NCBI RefSeq assembly: GCF_963921235.1
Contig: NC_086097.1
Span: forward strand, 186,126,001-186,190,000
DNA: 64,000 nucleotides
Source: Mobula hypostoma
Taxonomy: Eukaryota
Direction of reading: 5' to 3'
Part shown: piece after piece, positions 48,844-60,686 of the stretch
Position numbering within the stretch: the stretch's first letter is position 1
How the letters are laid out: every line of letters begins with the position of its first letter
Position numbers and translations under genes: made by a program
Notes under the pieces: model-generated
The model's input: only the letters and a program-made list of their open reading frames with translations
What the model was told of the DNA's origin: nothing
The model's database searches: none

Positions 48844-51800
48844 TGTAGGAGCCATGTGTCTGTTCACCATCTGTGTTGCCTGTTTATTATGGTAACTAGT
48901 CACATGAGTGGGGGCGTGGTAAAGGCGAAAGGAATAAGTTAATTATTCTTACTTATTTCAGTGCAGTTTGTAGCTTGGAACCGGCAGAGGTCATATCTTT
49001 TGCTGACTGCTTAATACTGCTGAAAAATGCTTACTTAGCACTTGGGTACATTTAAGTTTCGTCGCTTCAAGATTGCATGTTTGCTAATTGCTAATACAAA
49101 ATCAGATAAAGGATTTGATTTTGGGAGAAATCATTGGAGCTCGGGGCGTGTCATGCAAGTGTAACAGCTCTGTAGATATCCCAGACTAGTGGCAATTATT
49201 TTGGTTTTCTGTTGATGTTTGGTTTGCTTTTACTGCTACATTCTATCAGCAAAAATTTTCGACAGTTATACCAAACAAACATTAGCATTCAGATGTGTCT
49301 GTGCAATTAGTAGCAACACAGTCTGGAGCAGCTTATGGCAAATAACCACCCTTTGTTGATTCATGCTATGTGCTTGGGTTTGAAACACAGTTTTGAATGG
49401 TCTGGGTTGGACTGAAAAGCTCTGTAATGGTGTTTGGCAGAAGTGTTTAACCAATTGGTTCTGTTGAAAAGCAGAAAAATTGTATTGCTTCCATTTTTGA
49501 AATCTGAATTGTCCATTGTTTTGTCTGGTTTGTGCAATTGGAAAACAACTTGAGTCCAGCTGGAAGCAGTGACGTTGAAGCCAAGACTAAGAGAAATATT
49601 AAACAAACATGTGACGTTGAAGGTCAGTTTGTTGGTGGAAATGAAAATATTTACAAAGCCGAAGAACAGGCTGTGACTACGTATAAATTTGAAGACAGCA
49701 TGTCTAACGTGGGTGAAGCATGATCCATTGCTAGCAAAGTGACCCATTGTTCAGATACCTCTTTGGTACACTTTAGAATGGACGTGGATTTAGCTGAGTT
49801 ATACACAAAACAACAAATGTTTAGGAATAAACATGTCATGGAAGAGAAAATGGAACAGCTTCAAAGAAACAAGAAACAGCTTTGGAGAAACCAGGAAGAG
49901 TGGCAGAACAGCTTCAAGGAAACTAGAAACAGATGAAGGAGCGACTTAGGAGGAAGATGGATCAGCTTCAGTGCAGGAAGAAATTGCAGTCAAGATGCCC
50001 AGAGTTAGGGTGCTAAACATGTTCCAGCAGAGCAGTTCTCTGGTGAGAGTTCCTATGTTGACATGGAACAGAGAAAATCCAGCATTCTAGATGTCAATAT
50101 GGATACACTTGAGGAACAAAAGCTATGAGTTTGAACCCAAAGGGTAGTTCAGTGTGCATTTTCAACCTGCATCAAGGAGGCACTTTGAACCTATGCCATA
50201 TCCAATAGCACAAGGTGCTTCAGAGGACATTGACTCACAGTATGATGATGCTCGTGTTCCAGATGATAAAGGTCTAAATGCAGCATTGGAGGCGCATAAA
50301 GATGCAAAAGGAAATAACAAGCATAGTGATGCAACAACAACACATTGCATCTCTGCCTAAAAGAGAGATTAAAACTTCGATGGCAATCCATTGCAGTATC
50401 ATTTATTTATTAGGGCTTTCAAGAAAAGCATTGAAGGCAAGACTGATAATTATGGTAACCATCTCTATTTTCTTGAACAGTTCACTAAAGTTCACCCTAC
50501 AGAGCTTGTCAAAAGTTACTAGCAGGCTGGCCGAGAACAAGGACGCCTAAAGGCCTAAACCTTAACTACAGGAACATTTTGGTGATAAGTACAAAATTTA
50601 CATGGCCCATGTGGAAAATGCTCTTTCTTGGTTGCATATCAAATCAGAAGTTGTGAAAACCCTTCAAGCTTACAGTCTTTTTCTTAGAGGCCGTTGCAAT
50701 GCCATGGAAGACATGCACAATGTACATGAAAAGGACATGCCTGCTAATACGGGGATTGTTGTGAATAAATTGCCCGATGAACTTTGGAAAAAATGAAGAT
50801 TGGCATTTTGTAAACTGTAAGAAAGACACAACTGTAAGTTTACTTTCACTGACATTGTTGATTTTACAGAGAGGCAAGTAAAGATTGTTACACACTCAAC
50901 ATTTGGAAAAAAATACAATGTTACATTGACGGCACGGAAAGCAAAGTTGTGAATTTAAACTGGATCACAAGCTCATTCTCAAGCTAAAGGAAGTAGCTTT
51001 GCCCTGACATGGCTACTGTGGAAAGTTAAACTGAAACTGAGCCCAGTCCTGATGAAAAGGGTGCAGATTCAAAACAAGCCATGAATGAAGCAAGGACAGT
51101 AGTGAGTACTCCTGTGGTGTCTAAAGGCCTTACGGGGCATGGTGATACTGATTGTAAACTTCCGATAATTCTAGTAAAGGTGAAGTCTAAGAAGAGAAAC
51201 AAGATGGTGGTTACTTATGGTTTCCTAGATCAAGGAAGTCCCACAGCGTTCTGCACAGTGAGCCTCATGAACAAGCTTAACCTGACAGGAAATGGGACAT
51301 GCATTCTCTTATGCACCATGGGTTAAGAGAACATTTTGAGTAGTTACGTCATTTCAGGATTAGAAGTGGCTGGCCTGGATAGTAAAAACTATCATGAACT
51401 GCCTAACATCTACACACCTGTCTACAAAGGGACCATTACTCTTCAGAGAGATCTTTAGGAATAGGGTCACCTGCAGCATGTTCATTTGCCGGAAATGGAG
51501 TCATAAGTTGAGCTGCTGATAGGGGTGAATGTGCTGAAGGCATTGGAGCTGTTGCAAGTGATTCACAGTGTTGATGATGGACCCCATACAATCAGAACTA
51601 TGCTGGTTTGGGCTGTTAATAGACCATGGAAATGAAACGGTGGGGGTGGAAGGCACTACGCTCAGGCAGAGTCAGCAGTTAGTAGGACTTCAGTTTTGTG
51701 CTTGGATGAGCTTTGGCAGCAGCTATTAAAGACAGTTTTTCCTGAATGCAGTCAAGAGGGACAACCTGGTTTGGCAGGAAAAGGTCACATTTCAAGATAG

Positions 51801-52317
51801 ACTCATTACTAAAAGAGAACATTTGTGTAAGTGTTGAGGTTTCATGTCTCCTCTGTCTTGGTAGCATGTTGCTGTAATTATTATAATATTATAATTAGGA
51901 GGCTAGAATGTAGGAGCCATGTACCTGTTCATTATATGCTTTGTATTCTGTGTTGTGCATTTAGTATGTTTATTTTGGTAACTAGTTATTTGAGAGGGGA
52001 CGTGGTAAAGGCAAAGGGAATAAGTTAATTATTCTTGCTTCTATCAGTGCAGTTTGTAGCTTGAGACCGGTGCAGGTCTTATCTTTTGCTGACTGCTTAA
52101 TACTGCTGAATAATGCTTAGCTTGCACTTGGGTACACTTAAGTTTCAATGCTCCAAGGTTGTATGTTTGACAATAAAGGATCGAATAAAGGATTCAGCTT
52201 TGGGAGCAATCATTGGAACTGGGCCCAGGTCATGCACGTATAACAATTCCATAGTGGTCGCAGGCTAGCGGCAATTGTTTTCATTTTGTTTTGGTTTGGT
52301 TTGGTCTTGCTGCTTCA
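48844..52317 (+). mobile_element. Internally deleted BEL/Pao LTR retrotransposon
   Basis: LTRs 48844-49240 and 51909-52317 (TGTAGGAGCC...CA), perfect 5-bp TSD CATAG, PPT-like tract before 51909. Gag SLPKREI and LQAYSLFLRG, protease VTYGFLDQGS. RT and integrase core absent. Confidence 0.92.
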
Positions 52318-52804
52318 CATAGGTTGTTGGAACATGGGCAAGTAAAATTGAATAAGTTTTTCTCTTAGGTTCAAGAACTTGATGGTTGTAAATATAATGT
52401 TAATTCACATAAGATATTCCTCACATTTACCTAGCACCTGGCCTGTGTTGGGTATTTTTTCAATATTTGAGGTCCTTCTATTATCAGTATATTTTATAAA
52501 TAATAATAACCAGTATTTATGTTTTCATTCGCACTTTCTTGATGTTTAGTTTCAGAATCCCAATTTCGTTTCAGAATCCCAATTTCATTCCAGACTAATC
52601 TGTAAATAAATTTAATTTTAACTCCAAACTCCAAAAATAATGTGAGGGGCAAGAATATTACCTCAATTCCACAGTCAGCTGTGAGTTTATAAGGTCGCAA
52701 TAGCGATTTGCATCTTTAAAAAGAGTGATTCAGGTTCCTAGTCCAATAGTAAACAGGGTGTCCATAGCAAGATTTCTGGCAGCTAAAACCAATTTTGTTA
52801 TCTA

Positions 52805-54366
52805 CAGTGGTGCTAGAAAGTTTGTGAACCCTGTAGAATTTTCTCTGTTTTTCCGTAAATATGACCCAAAATGTGATCAGATCTTCACACAAGTCCTAAA
52901 ACTAGATATAGAGAACCCAATTCAATAAGTAACACAAAATAATTATACTTGTTCATTTATTTATTGAGAAACATGATCCAGTATTACATGTACTTGTTGG
53001 AAAAAGTATGTGACCCTCTGGGGTAATGCCTCTGCAAAAGCTATTTGGTGTTAGGTGTTCTAATCAATTAGATGAGATTGGAGGTGTGGGCTGCAGAGGT
53101 GCCCTGCCCTATAATAAAGACACACAAAGTCAGATTACTGCTCTTCTCAATAAAGATCTGTTTATGTGCACCATGCCTTTGATCAAAACAATTTTTTGAG
53201 GACCTTAAAAGAATTGTAGAGATGCATGAAGCTGGAAAAGGTTACAAGAGCATTTCTAAAGACCTGAGTGTTCATCAGTCCACAGTAAGAGAAATTGTCT
53301 ACAAATGGAGGAAATTCAGTATTGTTGCTACTCTCCCTAGGAGTGGGGATCCTGTAAAGATCACACCACGAGCACGATGTGCAATGCTGAAAGAGGTGAA
53401 AAAGAACTCTAGGGCAACAGCAAAAGACCTGCAGAAATCTCTAGAAATTGTTAAAATCTCTGTTCATGTCTCCACTATAAGAAAAACTCTGAACAAGAAT
53501 GATGGTGCTCATGGAAGGACACTATGGAGGAAACTACTGCTCTCCAAAAAAAAACATTGCTGAATGTCTTAAGATTATAAAAGGCCACCTGGATGTTCTA
53601 GGATGCTTCTGGGACAATGTTCTGTGGACAGATGAGACAAAAATTGAACTTTTTGGCAGAAAAGCACATTACTATGTTTGGAGGAAAACAGGCACTGCAC
53701 ATCCCAACTGTGAAGCATGGTGGAAGGAGCATCATGGTTTGGGCTGCTTCGCTCAGGGCTTGAACAGCTTGCAATCATTTGAGGGAACAATGAATTCAAA
53801 GTCAAGAGATTTTACAGGAGAATGCCAGGGTAGCATTCCATCCCTGAAGCTTAATAGAAGTTGGATAATACAACAAGACAACGATCCAACAGACAAGAGT
53901 AAATCAACAACAGAATGGTTTAAAAAGAAGAAAATTTGTGTTTTGGAATGGCCAAGTCAAAGTCCTAGTCTTAATCCTATAGAAATGTTGCGGAAGGACC
54001 TGAAGAAAACAGTTGATGCAAGGAAGCCAGCCAACATCCCAGAGTTGAAGCAGTTTTGTAAGGAGGAATGGCTAAAATTCCTGCAAGTCAGTGTGCAGAA
54101 CTGATCAACAGTTACCAGAAACGTTTGGTTGATGTTATGCTGTACAAGGGGGTCACATCAGTTACTGAAAGCAAATGTCCACATACTTTTTCCAACAAAT
54201 ACGTGTTATTTTTCTCAATAAATAAATGAGCAAGTATAATGTTTTTTGTGCTCTTTATTTAATTCAATTCTCTTTATCTAGTTTTAGGATTTACATGAAG
54301 ATCTGATCATGTCCCTGCAGAAATAGAGGAAAATCTCCAGAGTTCACAAGTTTTCTAGTACCACTG
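52805..54366 (+). mobile_element. Full-length Tc1-family DNA transposon with long IR/DR-type ends
   Basis: TA flanks, CAGTGGTGCTAGAAA...TTTCTAGTACCACTG termini, inner repeats at about 52994 and 54181, about 200-bp inverted arms. Confidence 0.95.
53173..54150 (+). pseudogene. Tc1 DD34E transposase, frameshifted
   Basis: HTH GKGYKSISKDLSVHQSTVREIVYKWR, WTDETK, QQDNDP, WPSQSPSLNPIE. 34 residues lie between the second D and the E. Confidence 0.93.
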
Positions 54367-54825
54367 TAAGATTCTAGAATGAGCAGGAGCATATTTGAGC
54401 TATCACCACTGTGTTTTTTAGTGTGCTGGACTTCTTGCCGTTTCTGCTACCTTCCTGGTCATTTTGCTCAGATATGGTCTGTGTTTTCACTCTACTATCT
54501 CAGGGGTGGCCCACGGCTCTTCACTGCCTTCCTGTCAGTGAGTTAATTCTCTACAATGTTTTTGGCTGATCTTTTGCAAAGTTAATTCTGATAAACTGAG
54601 GTGTGAACAAAGTTACTAAAAGCAGAACTGCAAGAACAAAATACTGCAATTGCTTGAAATCTGAAGCAAAGACAAAATCTATTGCAGGCAGCATCTGTGC
54701 TAGGGGAATCATTAAGGTGAATGATCTTTCATTACTAAATGAAAATCTTAGAGTTACAAGGAAAGTAAGGATCAAAGGATGAATCACATTCGTAATAAAT
54801 TGGGGAGAGATTAACTGACAAATGT

Positions 54826-55797
54826 GATAGAAACATAGAAACATAGAAAACCTACAGCGCAATACAGGCACTTTGGCCCACAAAGTTGTGCCGGACATGT
54901 CCCTACCTAAGAAAGTACTAGACTTACTTATAGCCCTCTATTTTTCTAAGCTCCATGTACCTATCCAAAAGTCTCTTAAAAGACCCTATCGTATCTGCCT
55001 CCACCACCGTTGCTGGCAGCCCATTCCATGCACTCACCACTCTCTGAGTAAAAAACTTACCCCTGACATCTCCTCTGTACCTACTCCCCAGCAACTTAAG
55101 CCTGTGTCCTCTTGTGGCCACAGCCCGAGAAAAAGCCTCCGTCTATCCACATGATCAATGCTTCTCATCATCTTCTACACCTCTACCAGGTCACCTCTCA
55201 TCCTCCGTCACTCCAAGGAGAAAAGACCGAGTTCACTCAACCTATTCTCATAAGGCATGCTCCCCAATCCATGCAACATTCTTATAAATCTCCTCTGCAC
55301 CCTTTCTATGCCTTCTACATCCTTCCTCTAGTGAGGTGACCAGAACTGAGCTCAGTACTCCAAGTGGGGTCTGACCAGGGTCCTATATAGCTGCAACATT
55401 ACCTCTCGGCTCCTAAATTCAATTCCATGATTGATGAAGGCCAATACACCGTACGACTTCTTAACCACAGAGTCAACCTGCGCAGCTGCTTTGAGCGTCC
55501 TATGGACTCGGACCCCAAGATCCCTCTGATCCTCCACACTGCCAAGAGTCTTACCATTAATACTATATTCTGCCATCATACTTGACCTACCAACATGAAC
55601 CACTTCACACTTATCTGAGTTGAACTCCATCTGCCACTTGTCAGCCCAGTTTTGCATCCTATTAATGTCCCGCTGTAACCTCTGACAGCCCTCCACACTA
55701 TCCACAACATCTCCAACCTTTGTGTCATCAGCAAACTTACTAACCCATCCCTCCACTTCCTCATCCAGGCCATTTATAAAAATCACGAAGAGTAAGA
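54826..55797 (-). mobile_element. 5'-truncated CR1 LINE
   Basis: VSKFADDTKVG, LVRPHLEY, (TTTCTATG)n tail. Confidence 0.93.
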
Positions 55798-56519
55798 GTA
55801 AGGCGAGGTAAAAGGAAGTGGTAAAGGTACAATAAGGAAACAAAAGGGAAACACGAGAGAAATGTAAATAGAACAAATTGCATAATTGTCAGAAATTATT
55901 AACTTGAAAAAAGCTGTAGCATGTTGAATTGCGAGATATCTGTTCCAGGACCTTACCTGGTATTCATCTGAATGGTGTAAAAAATTGAAGCGGTCAATGT
56001 CAGAGTGAGGGTGTCCAGAGAATTTGTGATTACTGATGAAGTTTTTTTGCTCTAATGATAGGGTGAATATATCTGGAGCAGTATATATGGGTATACTAAA
56101 TTAAAAGAAGCATGGGAAGAATGTGACTGATGCAGGCCAGCATTTGTGGGTTTCAACTTGTAAATTCCTCACCATACAATAATCAGATTGAGGATACAGC
56201 CAATAAATAGATGTTTATCTACCTTGGCAGATGAAAATTTTCACTTAAAAGTTAATTCATATATATTAAAAACTATAAAGCCTTGCTTGTTCAGAGCTAC
56301 AATAATTAATGAAAAGGGAAAACAGTAGAAAAAGATACAATACAAAAAAAGAGAATGATTTTCTTAATATGTAATTTAAATTCACCCTTAGTCAAAATTA
56401 ATGGTGTCCACCGTCAATATAATACCCAATGTATGTAGGTATTACATTGTAGTATCAGTTTTTTATACTAATTTATACTCTGATTCTGCTATATTCTACT
56501 AAGCATCAAGTTGAGTATA

Positions 56520-57082
56520 AGGGTAAGGAAGCGTGTAGCTATATAAAACTTCAGTCGGATTATACTTGGAGTAATGCGTGCAGTTCTGGTCACCCTATTA
56601 TAGGAGGACGTGGAAATTGTGGAAAAAGTGCAGAAGTTTAGCAGGATGCTATCTGGACAGATGGTATGAACTATAAGGACAGGTTGGACAGTTTCCTTAG
56701 GGTGTTGGAGACTGAGGGGAGACCTGATAAAAGTTTCGAATAGTATCAGAGGACTAGATAGGGTAGATAGTCATTATCTGTTCCCTAGGATAGAATTATC
56801 AAACATTAGATGACATACGTTTGGGGTTAGAGTGAGGCAGGTTTAAAGATGATGTAACAGCAAGTTTTTTATGCAGAAGAGTGGTCTGTGCCTGGAATGA
56901 ACTACCAGGAGAGGAAGTGAATCAGGCAGTCTGATAGAGTTTAGGTGGCTTTTAGATAGACACATGAATGTGAAAGTAATAGAGAGTTTTTTATGATAAA
57001 CAGGAGGAAGATTTTTCAGTGTAAATCATCATCAATACTGGCTCAAAATTGTGGACTAGTGCTGTACTATTCTATGTTCTAT
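56520..57082 (+). mobile_element. Old CR1 3' fragment
   Basis: cagttctggtcacc, agactgaggggagacctgat, and a short (TTCTATG) tail. Confidence 0.75.
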
Positions 57083-57927
57083 GCAAAGTCATTGTCAAGG
57101 AGCAAAAATCAAACCAAGTAAATAAAAGGTGGTAAAATCTTGAGAAAGTTAGAATGGAAAACACTGCAAACACTGGCAAATTTTCTTAAGAGCAGAAATG
57201 TAGTAGGTGTGAGTCCTTTATTAACTCGTCTTTTCTCACCAAAAACTGCCTAATGTTCCAAATGTTGCACAACTTCCAATTAATCTATTGACATTGCTGG
57301 ACTAATATGCAATTAGATTTGCAATTATCCTTTGTCAGTTCTCAGCAATCTTCGACATTATTATAATTTGTAAAGTTTAATTCTTTTTTGAATTATATGT
57401 GCTTTTGTTCATTAGTTACAAATATCCTGCATTTTTGCATAAAATTGTTTTTAGAATCTTAAAATAATTAAAGTTTCAGTGTTTAATAAATAACTGCACA
57501 TTGAAATGTTCATCGAAGGATTTGCAAGGAAGAAACAGTGCATTTTTCTAAAAGGGTTTAACATCAGAATATTAAAATCCAGTTATTAGAGCCAAAACAA
57601 TTTTTTTTTCAGAAATAAACTCAATTTTAGTGCTACAGCTCTACATACATGTAATTTTTCATTGACAGTTTCTTTACTAATAAAGATAGATTATCATTTT
57701 AGTCAGTACCATATTGAATACTGACTTTATAAAATTCTTTGATGAATGGCTGGCTGCTGTATTTCATAGTAACTCATAGGATCAACTTCAAATATTTGTT
57801 TTGCTGTATAAAGAAAGCCCAGCAGTAACTTTAGTGTCATGTGACTTCATTCGGACTGTCATTTCAATATTATTCAATATATTTTCTGTTGTTAGCTAAG
57901 ACTTCTTATTTTGCTTCATACAAACAG

Positions 57928-58185
57928 ATAGAACATAGAACATTGAAGTTTATAGCACATTACAGGCCCTTCAGCCCACAATATTGTGCTGACCATGTAA
58001 CCTACTCTAGAGACTGCCTAGAATTACCCTCATGCATAGCCCCCTATGTTTTTAAGCTCATGTTCCCATCCAAGAGGCTCTTAGAAGACCCTATTGTATC
58101 CATCGAACTGAAACAGTTTTGTATGGAGGAATGGTCTAAAGTTCCTCCTTGCCATTGTGTAAGTCTGATCAGCAGCTATAGGGAA
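57928..58185. mobile_element. CR1 3' end (minus) abutting a Tc1 transposase C-terminal fragment (plus)
   Basis: 57928-58101 matches 44070-44240. 58102-58185 reads ELKQFCMEEWSKVPPCHCVSLISSYR (compare ELKQFCKEEW at about 54045). Confidence 0.7.
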
Positions 58186-58559
58186 TGGGTAGCAAGAGAA
58201 AATATATAATTATGAATCACTTAAAATAATATTTCTCTTTGGTAGCTAGATTTAATTTTCAGTTCTGCCTTCTTTGTCTCTGAAAGGCATTGGCCTGATC
58301 TCTATATAATAATTTCTTCATCAACTGTTAAACAAAAGTAGCCACTGCACCATCCTCAGGGGAAGCAAAAGGAGAACAGGAGAAAAGCTGGAAGGCAGTG
58401 TCATTATTAGTGAGTAAATGTACTAAGTATTCTTGCTGCTTGAGCACAGGCAGAAACCTGTTGTTATTTTGAATAAAATGCATATAGGAGCTGTCATCTC
58501 AACACATTGCTGATATTATTTTGTTTCTTCTCATTACGTTTTCCTCTATACTGTATTGT

Positions 58560-59450
58560 AGTCATACTGCACATCAAAGGAACAGGCCCTTTAGTCTATA
58601 ATGTATGCTAAACACCTAACTAAATTAATTCCATCTGTCTAGACAATGTCCATATCCCACTACTCTCTGCACGTTCATGCATCTATCTAGGAACCTCTTA
58701 GACGTCGCTATCACCTTTACCTCAACACCATTCCTGGCAGCACTTTCCAGGCTCATACCAGGCATCCACCACAGATTTTGTAAAATACTTGCCACACCCA
58801 TTTCTCGTGAATTTAACTCTCTCCCCTTAAATGTACATCCTCTAGTATTAGACAATTCAACCCTGGTAAAAAGATGCCTGCTGTCTACCCTATTTATCCC
58901 GCTCATAATCTTACAAAAATCTGTTAGGTCTGCCCTCAGCCTCTATTGCTCTAGAGAAAACAAATCAAATTTGTCTAACTTTTCCTTATTGAACATTCCC
59001 TCTAATTCAGACAGCATCTTGGTTCCAAACTGAAACATTGGTTAGGGTTAGTAAGTTGTGAGCATGTTCTCTCGGTGCCCGAGGCATGGCGATACTTGCG
59101 AGCTGCCCCAGCACATCTTTGGATTATATAGGCTGTTGGTGCAAATGATGCATTACATTTGTATGTTCTGATGATTTGATTTACATGTCACAAATAAAGC
59201 TAACCTTGGTTTTCTTTCTTTCTTTCTAAACTTCTTCATCCTCTCCAAAGCCTCAATGTCCTTCCAATAATGTGATGACTAGAGCTAAATATTCCAGATG
59301 CGACCTAATCAGAGTTTCATAAAGCTTCTGAGTGTTGAACTCAGTGCCTTGACTAACGAAAACAAGCATTTTGTAATCCTTCTGTACATCTCTGTCAACC
59401 TGGCAGCACTCTCGTGGAGTTGTGGACTTGAATCTCCCTGTACATCTATA
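58560..59450 (-). mobile_element. Old CR1 3' fragment, with a SINE-like tail inserted at about 59030-59210
   Basis: MSGINRVDSRHLFTRVELSNTRG reading; homology continues 59230-59450. Confidence 0.65.
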
Positions 59451-59573
59451 GAGTATAACACACTGAAAATGTTGGAGGGACTCAGAGGGCCAGGCAGCAT
59501 CTATGGAAAAAAGTACAGCCGATGTTACGGGCCAAAACCCTTTCCAACATCTGCAGACTTTCTCTTGTTTGTG
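59451..59573 (-). mobile_element. Short Penelope terminal-repeat insertion with inverted tail
   Basis: Flanked by ATCTATA (59444-59450, 59574-59580). Minus-strand body 59451-59542; plus-strand tail ttccaacatctgcagactttctcttgtttgtg. Confidence 0.75.
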
Positions 59574-59932
59574 ATCTATACGCTATTGTTGTCTAGCACA
59601 TTGGATAGTTTGATTTTTTTTTCATCTATTTTTAATATGGTACCAGTATTGTGAAAGGCCAAATTTTAATTGTAATACCCTCACCACCCAGAACAAAACC
59701 TTGTGTCATTACTACCATCTTCAGGCCCATACTGTATGTTTTAGGAATAGCTTCTTCTCCTCTGCCATCAGATTTTTGATCTAAGACCCCATGAATACCA
59801 TCTCACTGTTCCTCGTTTGTATTATTTATTTATTTTTATTGTAGCTTACAGTGATTTTGAATGTTTGGCATTGTACCGTAGCCGCACAGCAACACATTTC
59901 ACAACATATTGCATGTTAGTGATAATAAATAG

Positions 59933-60686
59933 AATATTATATTAATGGTAAGACTCTTGGCAATGTGGAAGATCTGACAGATCTTGGGGGCTGTGTCGAT
60001 AGCAGTGGTGCAGTGCTAGCTGGAGCACATGGGAGTGGGTCCCGCACATCTTTAAGAAAAAAGAATCCAGTGAGTGGATTGAACAAGATGTTTTCGCTCA
60101 CAGAACAGCTACTCGCTGGATTTTTTTTTTGTTTTTGGCCCCATTCTTTGTAAACTCCAGAGTCCGTTGTGCGTAAAAATCCCAGGAGATCAGCAGTTTC
60201 TGAGATACTCAAATCACCCTGGGCGGCACCTAATTAATTAGCTTGCTTATTTTGGCTTTTTTCTTAAAGATGTGCGGGGTGCACTCCCGTGCACTCTGGT
60301 GAGCACTGCTTCACTGGTCATTAGTACACTCAAAGCTGCTGCGCAGGTTGATTGTGTTGTTAAGAAGGCATATGGTGGGTTGGACTTCTTCAACTGTGGG
60401 ACTGAGTTTAAGAGCTGTGAGGTAATGTTACAGCTATATAAGACCTTAGTTAGGCCCCATTTGGAGTACTGTGTTCAGTTCTGGTCAGCTCGCTACAGGA
60501 AGGATGTGGATATTATAGAGAGAGTGCAGAGGAGATTTACAAGGATGTTACCTGGATTGGAGGGCGTACCTTGTGAGGATAGATTGATCATACTTGGCTT
60601 TTTCTACTTGGAGTGACAGAGGATGAGAGGTGATCTGATAGAGGTGTATAAGATGATGAAGGGTATTGATTGTGTGGATAGCCATT
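59933..60686 (+). mobile_element. CR1 RT C-terminal fragment split by a MITE
   Basis: INGKTLGNVED before the insert and TLKAAAQVDCVVKKAYG after it. Confidence 0.88.
60003..60316. mobile_element. hAT-like MITE (314 bp) with an internal Tc1 transposase fragment
   Basis: About 60-bp imperfect TIRs CAGTG...CCGCACATCTTTAAGAAAAAAG. 8-bp flanks GTCGATAG/GTCATTAG where uninterrupted CR1 has a single GTCCATAG. Confidence 0.85.

Larger units (their letters stand above)
46124..52390 (-). mobile_element. Rex1-like 3' UTR fragment split by RTE and BEL insertions
   Basis: Pieces 46124-46185, 48606-48843 and 52318-52390 join into a sequence homologous to 24320-24590. Confidence 0.8.
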
